Source of the DNA: an uncultured Acidobacteriaceae bacterium
GTDB taxonomy: Bacteria > Acidobacteriota > Terriglobia > Terriglobales > Acidobacteriaceae
Length of the DNA: 64,000 bases
Direction of reading: 5' to 3'
Assembly (NCBI GenBank): GCA_903849645.1
Contig: CAINJJ010000034.1
Location: 164,491-228,490 of the forward strand
Under the pieces are notes generated by a model, which searched no databases, was not told where the DNA came from, and was given only the letters and a program-made list of their open reading frames with translations. A program made the translations under genes and the position numbers. This document shows positions 1 through 8,971 of the stretch, piece after piece. Within the stretch, counting starts at the first letter, position 1. Each line of letters begins with the position of its first letter.

Positions 1-1
1 C

Positions 2-349
2 CCGTCTCCTGAGCACATCCAGCGCATCGGCCCCCTGCTCGCCCTCGGCGAAATGATCGCGCTCGATCTTCGCCTCCCGTTCCAGGTCGCCGGTTTGCGC
101 CGTGCCTCCGCCACCTTCGGCGGAAACCTGCGGTCCTTCGGGGGCCTGCTTCCCGGCTCAAACCCTGAGATGGAGCGCGTTGTCGAGCTTGTCCGTCAAA
201 AGGCGTCCCTCTCCCGCCGCGTCATCTTCCTCAAGCACACGCAGCGCGTCTTCCACCTTTGGCATGTCATCCATCGCCCCTTCAGTTATGCCTTTGCCGT
301 GCTTGCCGTGCTTCACATTCTCGTGGTCACTGGATTGGGATTTCTATAA
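2..349 (+). CDS. C-terminal part of a hypothetical membrane protein (ORF open to the left window edge)
   Basis: Frame 2 is stop-free from nt 2 (PSPEHIQRIG...), so the track ORF 53..349 is probably the tail of a gene that starts outside the window. The C-terminus is hydrophobic (HLWHVIHRPFSYAFAVLAVLHILVVTGLGFL). Stop TAA 347-349 lies 3 nt before the next ATG. No family recognised. Confidence 0.4.
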   Translation, partial: PSPEHIQRIGPLLALGEMIALDLRLPFQVAGLRRASATFGGNLRSFGGLLPGSNPEMERVVELVRQKASLSRRVIFLKHTQRVFHLWHVIHRPFSYAFAVLAVLHILVVTGLGFL

Positions 350-352
350 ACA

Positions 353-1732
353 ATGGATACTCTCTACACGTGGTTGATCGCAGGCGCGGTCCTCGGTTTC
401 TTTGTCCTTCGCTACTGGTTCGCACACCGCCGCAGAGAAGCCCAGGCCCGCGCTGCCGTTGAAAAGGGCCAAATGTACTCGGAGGGCCCCAAGGCCCAGC
501 ATCCCCTCATCCATGCCGACCTCTGCATCGGATGCGGAGCCTGCGTCACCATCTGCCCCGAGGGCGATGTGCTGGCCCTCGTCAACGGCATCGCCGCCAT
601 CGTCAACGGGCACAAGTGCATCGGCCACAGCCTCTGCGCGGAAGAGTGCCCGGTCGGCGCCATCACCATGGTGATGGCCAAGGCAAGCGCAACCTCCGAC
701 CTGCCCCGCCTTACATCCGAGCACGAGTCCAGCGTCGAGAACCTGTTCATCGCCGGCGAACTCGGCGGTCTTGCTCTTATCAAGAACGCCGTCAACCAGG
801 GGCGCGAATGCATCGACGTCATCGCCGACCGCCTCCAGCAGCTACCTGCGGTCTCGGTCGATCCCAGTGTCTTTGATGTGGTCATTGTTGGAGCGGGCCC
901 CGCCGGCATCAGCGCCTCCCTTCGCTCCGCCGAGCGCGGCATCAAGGCGCTTACTCTCGAACGCGAAGAGGTCGGCGGCACCGTCTCCAAGTACCCCCGT
1001 CAGAAGCTCGTCATGACCAGCCCCGTCGAGTTTCCGCTCTTTGGAAAATTCAAGAAGATGCAACTCTCCAAGGAAGACCTGCTCGCCTTTTGGCAAAAGG
1101 TCATGGAGCGCGTCGATCTCAACATCCACACCGGCGTTGTCGTCGAGTCTGTCCGCAAGGATGCTGACGGCCTTTTCACCACGCGCACCGCACAGGGAGA
1201 GTACCGCTCGCGCACCGTCGTGCTCGCCCTTGGCCGCGCCGGCACGCCCCGCAAACTTGGTGTGCCCGGCGAGGATCTGCCCCACGTCTACTATCGACTC
1301 ATCGAAGCCGACCACTATACCCACAAGAACATACTGGTTGTAGGCGGCGGAGACAGCGCGGTCGAGGCCGCAATGGGTCTCGCCAGCCAGTCCGGCAATC
1401 GTGTTACGCTCTCCTATCGCCGCGGCGAGTTTGCACGCCTCAAGGACCGCAACGTCAAAAAGATTGAAGACTTCATGCACACCAGGAAGCTTGAGGTGGT
1501 CTTCAACTCCGTCCCCACCGAATTCCGCGAAGGAAGCCTCACCCTCCAATGCGGAGAGACAACGCGCGAACTCAAAAACGACTTCGTCTGGATATTTGCT
1601 GGAGGCATCCCGCCCTCCGACTTCCTGAAGGCTGCGGGCATCGCCTTCGGAACCTTCGAGACTGCCAATGGCGTCACCGTAGCCGTCCCCGCCGAGAGCA
1701 GGCCCGCGGAGCTAGCCGGCGCGAGTCGCTGA
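353..1732 (+). CDS. Membrane-anchored 2x[4Fe-4S] ferredoxin-domain / FAD-NAD(P) pyridine-nucleotide-disulfide-oxidoreductase-like protein
   Basis: N-terminal TM helix (LIAGAVLGFFVLRYWF). Two ferredoxin Cys clusters (CIGCGACVTICP and CIGHSLCAEECP). Dinucleotide folds DVVIVGAGPAGISAS and ILVVGGGDSAVEAA. Confidence 0.8.
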   Translation: MDTLYTWLIAGAVLGFFVLRYWFAHRRREAQARAAVEKGQMYSEGPKAQHPLIHADLCIGCGACVTICPEGDVLALVNGIAAIVNGHKCIGHSLCAEECPVGAITMVMAKASATSDLPRLTSEHESSVENLFIAGELGGLALIKNAVNQGRECIDVIADRLQQLPAVSVDPSVFDVVIVGAGPAGISASLRSAERGIKALTLEREEVGGTVSKYPRQKLVMTSPVEFPLFGKFKKMQLSKEDLLAFWQKVMERVDLNIHTGVVVESVRKDADGLFTTRTAQGEYRSRTVVLALGRAGTPRKLGVPGEDLPHVYYRLIEADHYTHKNILVVGGGDSAVEAAMGLASQSGNRVTLSYRRGEFARLKDRNVKKIEDFMHTRKLEVVFNSVPTEFREGSLTLQCGETTRELKNDFVWIFAGGIPPSDFLKAAGIAFGTFETANGVTVAVPAESRPAELAGASR

Positions 1733-2977
1733 GAAGCCGGGCACCAGCGCCTCCAGCGCCTGCCGCAGCCCGGCCACATTCTGCTCAAAGCTGTAGCCGT
1801 CAATGATGCGCAGGCTCTCCGCGCCCATCGCACGGCGGGTCTGCTCATCACCAAGCACACGTCGCAGACACTCGGCGAGGCTCTGCGGGTCTCTCGCACG
1901 CACCACACACCCATTCACCCCATCCCGCACCAGGTCCTTCTGGCAGCCCACCTCGTCGGTCACAATCACCGCCCGTCCGGCATTCATCACTTCATTGATC
2001 GCCAATCCCCACGGCTCATCCACGGACGCGAGCACAAACACATCGCACAGATCATAAAACCGTGGCAGCTCCGACTGATTGCGGAAGCCGAGGAACCGAA
2101 TATCTCCAGGGTTGGCCTGCTTTGCAACGTCCTCCAACATGGCCCGCTCTTCTCCATCTCCCACAATCAGCAGATAGGGCAGGGGCTTGACGCCGCCCGC
2201 TTTGCTCAACATCAGGAACGCCTCCAAAAGATCCACGCAGCGCTTTCTTGGCATCAACTTGGCTGCGAAGAGAATCACTGTCCGGTCCGCATCCAGGCCC
2301 AGTGATGCACGAAACTCCTCTCTGCTCGCCGCGGCGATTCTGCAAGCGCTTTGAAAAAACTCATTGTCCACCGCATAGAGACACGGGAAAACGGGAATGT
2401 CCCGTCCGAGGTGATGTCGCCAATACTCGGTATTCGCATCGCCTACGCTCAAAACTCCCGAAACGCACGACCGTAGTGCGCCGAAAAATGCCGACTTTGC
2501 CGCCAGCTTCAACTTCGATCGCGGTCGATCAAACAGCGTCGAGTCAGTTCGTAGCAAGACGGGAATTTTCAGCCTGCCCGCAGCCCATATCGCCCGCAGG
2601 TTGGTCAGCGTGCTATAACCATGCAGCCACACCGCATCAAACTCACCGGCCTTGACCCTGCCTTTGATACCGGAGTTCAGTGGCTTGGCAAACCCCAGCG
2701 TGTTGGAGTCCCGCACAACCGGCAGAAACTCATGCGCGTAGCCATCCAGCAGGGGGATGTCCCACTTCAATCGAACGTTGAATCCCTCGTCGTTGTATCC
2801 GTCGCCTCGAACGGAGATGTTTGAACTGAAAAAGACCTTTAGTTCGATGTCCGGCTCTTGCGCGATCCGGCGGAGCATTGGCGCCTGGTACTGGATTGGA
2901 TGCGTAACAAAATAAGCGAGGCGTAACTTGCGCCGCTCGCTGTAAACTATGTCCTTGCTCCCTATGGGATATTTCAT
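1712..2977 (-). CDS. Glycosyltransferase, GT4-like (GT-B fold)
   Basis: 421-aa ORF with the C-terminal GT-B signature EPWGLAINEVMNAGRAVIVTDEVGCQKDLV. It is the last gene of the minus-strand polysaccharide cluster. Its 3' end overlaps the convergent gene by 21 nt. Confidence 0.85.
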   Translation of the reverse strand: MKYPIGSKDIVYSERRKLRLAYFVTHPIQYQAPMLRRIAQEPDIELKVFFSSNISVRGDGYNDEGFNVRLKWDIPLLDGYAHEFLPVVRDSNTLGFAKPLNSGIKGRVKAGEFDAVWLHGYSTLTNLRAIWAAGRLKIPVLLRTDSTLFDRPRSKLKLAAKSAFFGALRSCVSGVLSVGDANTEYWRHHLGRDIPVFPCLYAVDNEFFQSACRIAAASREEFRASLGLDADRTVILFAAKLMPRKRCVDLLEAFLMLSKAGGVKPLPYLLIVGDGEERAMLEDVAKQANPGDIRFLGFRNQSELPRFYDLCDVFVLASVDEPWGLAINEVMNAGRAVIVTDEVGCQKDLVRDGVNGCVVRARDPQSLAECLRRVLGDEQTRRAMGAESLRIIDGYSFEQNVAGLRQALEALVPGFSATRAG

Positions 2978-3108
2978 GGCTTCTCTTTTGGATTAGCAGT
3001 CTTGGCCATAATGAGGGCCTTGTCAAATTTGTGCAATCCCCGCTGGTATATCTGGGTCCGCGACACTCAAAACAGGATCGGGACAACTGCCCACCCCAGG
3101 GAGGGCGC

Positions 3109-4629
3109 TCACCCCCCTGTCAACTCCACCGGGGCGCTTTTGCGCATTCTCATCCAGAACTGGCCCCACACGCTTCTTATGTCAAAGACAGAATAAGTCT
3201 CAACTCCCAACAGAAGCGTCCCTACGATTGCAACCACTCCGACCAACAGAAGGGAACGTGCTCGCGCAAAGTCCACCAATCCGAAGCAGATTGGCAGCGA
3301 AGTCGCCATTACCAGCGCAAGCTTGATGACAGGGAAAAAGCTGATGGAAGCATCGTTGTTGAACAGTTTCTTGTTCTCGTGATAGATCAGCCCCATCTGC
3401 GAAACCTCTGAGACCAGCCAAACCACCATGAATCCGTAAAGACCGAACTTCATGGTGCATGGGATGCTTACCGCGATCATCAGAATATTCCCAAAGAACA
3501 CAATGACCGAAAGCCGCTGGTGCGTGTTTGTAGAGAATTGAAAGAACTGCTTGTGCTCCCGCATGCTCATTGCGCTCGATACCAGCGCCATCAACGCGTA
3601 GGCCTTGGGATCAAACAGGGATGGCTTATGAAGCCAGATCGCAAGCAGCAGCGGACTGGCAAGAAAGGCGCCCAGATTCACTACCGGGATCAGGGCAAAC
3701 ACAACCTTCTCTGAATAGTGAAAGATATTCAGAAGCCTGCTCATGTTCCGCTCTGCAAACGAAAGCGTGATCTCCGGCGCAATGGCGTTCGTTATCATCT
3801 GCAACATCCACCGCGCTGTTGAGAGGATCGTCCGGCTAATGGAAAATAGCACCACCGCCTCAGAACCGATGAGCCAGTTCAGCATGATCACCGGCGCCTG
3901 AAAGAGAAGGAACTGCTGCGAGAAGATCATCGCGAACATTCCGCTTGGCGCAAACGATAGCTTGACGGTCTTCCAGTTGGCCCCGGATAACCCCAGCGGC
4001 AAGTCGCCCAGACGCCTCTTGAGGTCCACGATCGTCATGGCTGTGACCACTAAAGCCGCCGAAAACTGAAACAGCGCAATCACCGAAAAATTCACACGAA
4101 GCATCGCCAAGGGCACGCAAACCAGGGTGGAACTCATAACTCGTGCAGTAGACCAGGAAGACCCGGTGTGCGCTCTCTCCACCACAAGAAACAAATTGTT
4201 ATAGTAGCCCGCGAAGATGTTCGTCATTGCCAACAGTCCTAGAAAGAAGACCGCAGCCATCGCGTCGGTTGGTCCCATGGTCGACAGGTGAAGCAGCCTC
4301 GGCAGGGGCAGGAAGAACGCACTCGATATGATGGCAAGTCCTATGCCGATCATTCCCAGGAGCATGGCCAACGTGCTGCCCTGAAGTTCTTTGTACCCCT
4401 CCATCTCGCCGCGTTTGCGAAGCATTGTCAGTTGGTTGCTCGCATAGGTCGTGATTCCGAAGTTCAGTGTGCCGAGATAACTCACCGTCGCTGAAAGCAC
4501 AAGCCACTCGCCATATCGCTTGACCCCGTAATAATGAATGAACGCCGGCGGCAAGAGAAACTGCAGGATCAGATTCAATCCAATGCTCATGCTCAGAGCT
4601 GCGATCATCTTGAGAATTCGCTGCAGCAT
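3109..4629 (-). CDS. Polysaccharide flippase, Wzx-like (MOP superfamily)
   Basis: 506-aa polytopic membrane protein with about 12-14 hydrophobic segments and no soluble domain. It sits between two GT4 genes. It looks lower in G+C than its neighbours by eye. Confidence 0.7.
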   Translation of the reverse strand: MLQRILKMIAALSMSIGLNLILQFLLPPAFIHYYGVKRYGEWLVLSATVSYLGTLNFGITTYASNQLTMLRKRGEMEGYKELQGSTLAMLLGMIGIGLAIISSAFFLPLPRLLHLSTMGPTDAMAAVFFLGLLAMTNIFAGYYNNLFLVVERAHTGSSWSTARVMSSTLVCVPLAMLRVNFSVIALFQFSAALVVTAMTIVDLKRRLGDLPLGLSGANWKTVKLSFAPSGMFAMIFSQQFLLFQAPVIMLNWLIGSEAVVLFSISRTILSTARWMLQMITNAIAPEITLSFAERNMSRLLNIFHYSEKVVFALIPVVNLGAFLASPLLLAIWLHKPSLFDPKAYALMALVSSAMSMREHKQFFQFSTNTHQRLSVIVFFGNILMIAVSIPCTMKFGLYGFMVVWLVSEVSQMGLIYHENKKLFNNDASISFFPVIKLALVMATSLPICFGLVDFARARSLLLVGVVAIVGTLLLGVETYSVFDIRSVWGQFWMRMRKSAPVELTGG

Positions 4630-4703
4630 CTGCTTGTCTTGTCCTCAACGGCAGTAAATGTGTAGTTCATCTTGTGCTCTTGCCAATGGCTGCAATCCAG
4701 GCC

Positions 4704-5918
4704 CTAAGCCGCGCCATCACCACGACTCGTAGAAGACGCTGATCCAGACCGAGTTTCCCCATTCTCCCGCGCAAGTCCATCAAGGATCTCAACCAGCATC
4801 CTCGATGTGACGTTGAAGTTGAACAACTCATCAAAGCAGCGCCTACTCCGTTCCCGCATCTCTGCTATTTCGATGCTGCTGAGCCGTGACCACCGATCGA
4901 ACAGGCGGATAGTTCCGGCGAGTGTGTCCTCGTCAGTCAGGCCCGCCCCCCGTTCCGCGACCTCCCGCCAAATGTTCACCTTCTCCGAAAGAAGAGCGGG
5001 CAATCCGACCGACAGCGCCTCCGCCACCACGATTCCGAAGTTCTCTTGATGGGATGGGAGCACGAACACCTCCGCCGCTGCGTACGCCCCCCACTTCAAT
5101 GGCCCTTTGATCATTCCGGTCCAAATAATGCGTGGGCTGATGGCCAGACGCTCGGCCAGCACTTCCAACCCCTTCTGCCAGCCAATCTGGTCGGGGCCGG
5201 CGATCACGAGACGCCACTCCTGGTGACGCGCAAGTGTGCGGCTAAATGCCTCAATCAGGATATCGGTCGCCTTCTTGGGATGAATGCGCCCGAGGCAAAG
5301 GGCAATTCGCTTGCCTCGTAACTCCGGCCACCGCTCCAGAAACTCAGCCGCCGCTTTCCCAATATCGCACTCCGGTCCGAATGTGCCGTAGGGGACAACC
5401 GTTTCGCGTACGTGGTAATTCCGGAACGACCGCCTCGCCAGAAGCCGTTCTTCCTCGCTCGTATACAGAATGGTCCGTGCGCCCACCATGATCTTGCGCA
5501 AAAACAGATGCCAATACAGTAGCTTCTTCAAGTGCTTGATCGGATACCGCTCTTTGAAATACGGGTCGAGCATTCCGTGCGTGAAGATAGCGTAGGGAAT
5601 GCTTGTGCCTTTTAACGCGCGAAAGGCTGCCAGCGCGTTGTAGTTCCACACTCCATTGATGATGACAACATCGAACCGCGCCAAATTGGCCTTCAACCAG
5701 GGCAGCATTCTTGGCGTGTAACCGTATACGCCATGGCCGGGTCCGAGTCCAACGGCGCCTGCAGGAAACTCAAGACCACTCACAATCTCTGGCGCATCGA
5801 GCGAAGCGACCTCGACCTCGTGCCCACTCGCCTTGTAGATGGCGCAGTAATGCCTGATCCCCTCAGCGGGCCCGCCGCTGGAAGAGTCAAGGGAAGGGAT
5901 GATGTGAAGGATCCTCAA
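4704..5918 (-). CDS. Glycosyltransferase, GT4-like
   Basis: Starts MRILHIIPSLDSSSGGP. Carries the GT-B C-terminal motif PSHQENFGIVVAEALSVGLPALLSEKV. Confidence 0.85.
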   Translation of the reverse strand: MRILHIIPSLDSSSGGPAEGIRHYCAIYKASGHEVEVASLDAPEIVSGLEFPAGAVGLGPGHGVYGYTPRMLPWLKANLARFDVVIINGVWNYNALAAFRALKGTSIPYAIFTHGMLDPYFKERYPIKHLKKLLYWHLFLRKIMVGARTILYTSEEERLLARRSFRNYHVRETVVPYGTFGPECDIGKAAAEFLERWPELRGKRIALCLGRIHPKKATDILIEAFSRTLARHQEWRLVIAGPDQIGWQKGLEVLAERLAISPRIIWTGMIKGPLKWGAYAAAEVFVLPSHQENFGIVVAEALSVGLPALLSEKVNIWREVAERGAGLTDEDTLAGTIRLFDRWSRLSSIEIAEMRERSRRCFDELFNFNVTSRMLVEILDGLARENGETRSGSASSTSRGDGAA

Positions 5919-6333
5919 TGTCGCAACCTCATGCTCGTCGCGCCACTGCGAGGAAACGCGGTGTTTGGACTTGGAGTGCGGTCGGCTTCAACTCGGAACC
6001 TTCCGAATTCTCCTCGCAAATGCAACTCTTTGCAGTAGTTCATTCGCATCCCCATCCTTGACAAGGCTGCCGGCTTGCTTGAGCCCCAAGCGCTCTGTTT
6101 GGTTGTTCTGTGAGCGACTCCCAACTCGCAATCCAATCCATGGCGTGTATAAAACACGCTCAGATCGTTGAACTATGAGCAGGAAAATGCCCGCAGATAT
6201 TGAATTGGATGAGGAAAGCCGCAAGCCTTGTGGTGTCCTTTACAACGGTTGGTGCTCTCTTCGGCATCCTGACCTGCCCTGTCACGACTGCTTGGACCTA
6301 TTTCGGCTGATTCATGGCCGAACGCTCCCGAGG

Positions 6334-7818
6334 CTAGTTAAGGGGCGTTCGAAGTTTTTCAAGATGTGCGCCTTGAACAGGTATGAACCCTGCGACTCCT
6401 GCGATCAAGTAAGAAAGCAAAATGATCACCAGGGGCAATCGAAGAACAAAGGGGACGAAACGAGTCACCATCATCTCACCAAACATGAGGGAGCCAAGTA
6501 CAAGTGCAACTGTGCCCCAAGGCTTGCTCATGTCAAATACGCTCTGCCAAACGATAAAGCTAAGGGGGAAACAGATCATCGGAAATAGAATCACGCCAGG
6601 CCACCCAAACGATCCAAAGCTGTCGCTCACGGCCGAGATGGCTGGATAGGATACCTCCTCGCCTTCGCCGGACATTCCTGAAACGTGCCCAATGTAATCC
6701 TGCGCCCCCTCGAATCTCGGCTTGTTCTTGTATAGAAAGCTGGGAATGGTTCGTTGTATCTCGATTTGGACTGCTGCCAAACCGTAGTGAAACCCGGACG
6801 CGCAGGCGCTGATCACATTGCTGTCCGCGCGAATCAACGAAAGGCGACTTAGGAGATAGGTGCCGGGCCGGCTGAAATATTGTTCCCGGCTTCCATTTTC
6901 GGATGCGGTCGCAACCTCCACCGAGTCGCGTAGTTCCTTCGGACTGTGGTGCTCGGCCAAGATTCTGAATGCGGCGGATAGCCTCTGGGAAATTGACTGG
7001 TCAGCAACCTCTCCGCGCGCGAAAAGAAGAAATGGTGATAGGAAGCCCACAAATAGTACCAAGCCACTGGCCACCACCAGGTAATGACGGGCCTTGAATC
7101 GATACCCGCGAAAGTAACAGGTCAGAAAATATAGGATAGTGGGCGCCATCGTCGTCGTCCGCACTGTATCCATAAGCCCGAACATGGTCGCCATTGCCCA
7201 CGGGATCAATGCACCCATACTCATGCTGTGCATTCCCCCGGAATCGTGAATTCGCTTGTCCACTGCGATGACCTGTGAGAACATAAGAAGCGGCGCGAAG
7301 GCCAGACCGAGGCTTCGGGTGCTGTTGAATTCCGTGATCCCGTATGACCGCGAGTATATCTCAATTGCAACTGTTGCGGCGGCTCCCACGGAAAGCGATA
7401 CGAGGTACACAACCTTTCGCTGCCCGTCCGTAAAAGTCTCCATCGGCCTGGGCAACCGAAATCGAACCCTGCAAAAAAGAAATACCCCCACCATCGCACT
7501 CACGTAATAGGCGGCATAGATCGATATTGTCAGCTCCGGCGCCTCAAGGTTCTTATCCGCCGCTTCGAATAATAGAACTTTCGCGAACTGCGAAATGACG
7601 ATCGTGCGCAAGGCGAATACACTGAACAGAATCCCGCTGATTGTCGAGATGCCGCCAAGCATGTTGTAGGTGATCCCGATGCTCATCAGGCACAGGGCCA
7701 TCATTCCGACGAAATAGAATGGAGTCCCACACGCTAGTTCGCCCGCACCCAGGATTCCGACGGTGACTATTAGCACAAACGGCGGGATGGACGATTTTCG
7801 GTTCACAATCTTTGCCAC
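6334..7818 (-). CDS. Polytopic membrane protein, candidate Wzy-type polysaccharide polymerase
   Basis: 494 aa with many TM segments and one large hydrophilic loop (about residues 280-390). It lies between Wza and GT4 in a Wzx/Wzc context. No diagnostic motif seen, so the function is inferred from context. Confidence 0.5.
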   Translation of the reverse strand: MAKIVNRKSSIPPFVLIVTVGILGAGELACGTPFYFVGMMALCLMSIGITYNMLGGISTISGILFSVFALRTIVISQFAKVLLFEAADKNLEAPELTISIYAAYYVSAMVGVFLFCRVRFRLPRPMETFTDGQRKVVYLVSLSVGAAATVAIEIYSRSYGITEFNSTRSLGLAFAPLLMFSQVIAVDKRIHDSGGMHSMSMGALIPWAMATMFGLMDTVRTTTMAPTILYFLTCYFRGYRFKARHYLVVASGLVLFVGFLSPFLLFARGEVADQSISQRLSAAFRILAEHHSPKELRDSVEVATASENGSREQYFSRPGTYLLSRLSLIRADSNVISACASGFHYGLAAVQIEIQRTIPSFLYKNKPRFEGAQDYIGHVSGMSGEGEEVSYPAISAVSDSFGSFGWPGVILFPMICFPLSFIVWQSVFDMSKPWGTVALVLGSLMFGEMMVTRFVPFVLRLPLVIILLSYLIAGVAGFIPVQGAHLEKLRTPLN

Positions 7819-7899
7819 CCTTTCGTCTCACGTTCGTGCAATCTCATTAGGAAAAGTCAGATCAAGCCCAGCAAGCAGCAAGCCTTGTCCATGCGGGAC

Positions 7900-8940
7900 T
7901 CACTTGATGCTGACGGCGGCATAGGTGGCTCCATAGAAGAGACTCGAGGCAATCGAGGCAGCACCCGACGCAAGCGCCAGCTTGAAGGTATTCGCAGGAA
8001 TAAAGAGAACGTCGTCGGACATGAGGGCAACATCCTGCTGCTTGCCATTCATGAGTTTCTTCAGATCCAGCATGATCGCCACATGGCGGTTGTCAGCTGT
8101 GGTGCGAATAATCCTTGCCTTCGATAGCGCAGCGCTATATTTCAGGCCGCCCGCCAGCGATATCGCCCGCATGACCGTAATGGGGGCATTTCCAGACAGT
8201 GGATACGCCTCCTCCGTCTTGACCTCCCCCACAACGAAGACATTGCCGACCTTGGACACAATCACCGTGTCGCCGGGCAACAGAGGGATGTTTGTAACTC
8301 CCGACATCCGCGCGTCCACTCCCAATTCGATTGTGATCGGGTCCGACTCGCCCATCCGTTGCACCGTCACCGTGTGGCTGGCAAGGGGAGTAAATCCGCC
8401 GCAGGCAGAGATGACGTCAAGCAAACGCAACTGCTCCGAGGACGGAATCGGGCCTGGCCTCAGAACTTCTCCAAGAACCGTGACCACACGCGCCGGAGAG
8501 GCCATCAGCGCGACGCTCACTTGAGGATTGACGAGAATGCCCCTGTCTTTCAGTTCCTTGCTCAGGAAAGATCCAGCCTCCGTCGAGGTAAGCCCAGCCA
8601 AGGTCACTGCACCAAGATATGGCAGGCTGATCTGCCCTGTCGGGCCAATTCGAATGCCCATCACGGGAATTGAGCCCGTCCCTGTCAGGGAGGGCAGAAC
8701 TGTCGTCCCTGACGTCGTAAGTTCCGGAGCCCCCAGCGTGGAGATCGCCACAATATCCCCAGGCAAGATCTGGTACTCGGCATAGGTCACCTTAGATGCC
8801 GCATCCGGGGCTCCTGCCAACCGGGGAACCGAAGCAACCGCAGGGCCGGCATACTGGCCAAAAGCATCCCGAGCACTGAAACTCATCGCCAGGGATCCCA
8901 AGGCAGCACCTGCAAGAAATAACTTGAACCGATCTCCCAT
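7900..8940 (-). CDS. Polysaccharide export protein, Wza/GfcE-like (SLBB repeats)
   Basis: Signal peptide MGDRFKLFLAGAALGSLAMSFSA. Repeated PGD motifs (ILPGDIVAIS, LLPGDTVIVS). I use ATG 8940, which has GGGAGG just upstream. The track start 9063 would overlap the Wzc gene by 92 nt. Confidence 0.8.
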   Translation of the reverse strand: MGDRFKLFLAGAALGSLAMSFSARDAFGQYAGPAVASVPRLAGAPDAASKVTYAEYQILPGDIVAISTLGAPELTTSGTTVLPSLTGTGSIPVMGIRIGPTGQISLPYLGAVTLAGLTSTEAGSFLSKELKDRGILVNPQVSVALMASPARVVTVLGEVLRPGPIPSSEQLRLLDVISACGGFTPLASHTVTVQRMGESDPITIELGVDARMSGVTNIPLLPGDTVIVSKVGNVFVVGEVKTEEAYPLSGNAPITVMRAISLAGGLKYSAALSKARIIRTTADNRHVAIMLDLKKLMNGKQQDVALMSDDVLFIPANTFKLALASGAASIASSLFYGATYAAVSIK

Positions 8941-8971
8941 ATTGCCTCCCGCAGCCAATACGTGCCTTTTG

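Noticed and set aside
6175-6588. 137-aa plus-strand ORF spanning the gap and the 3' end of the Wzy-like gene
   Set aside because: It overlaps a better-supported membrane-protein gene, has no Shine-Dalgarno sequence or motif, and has atypical composition.
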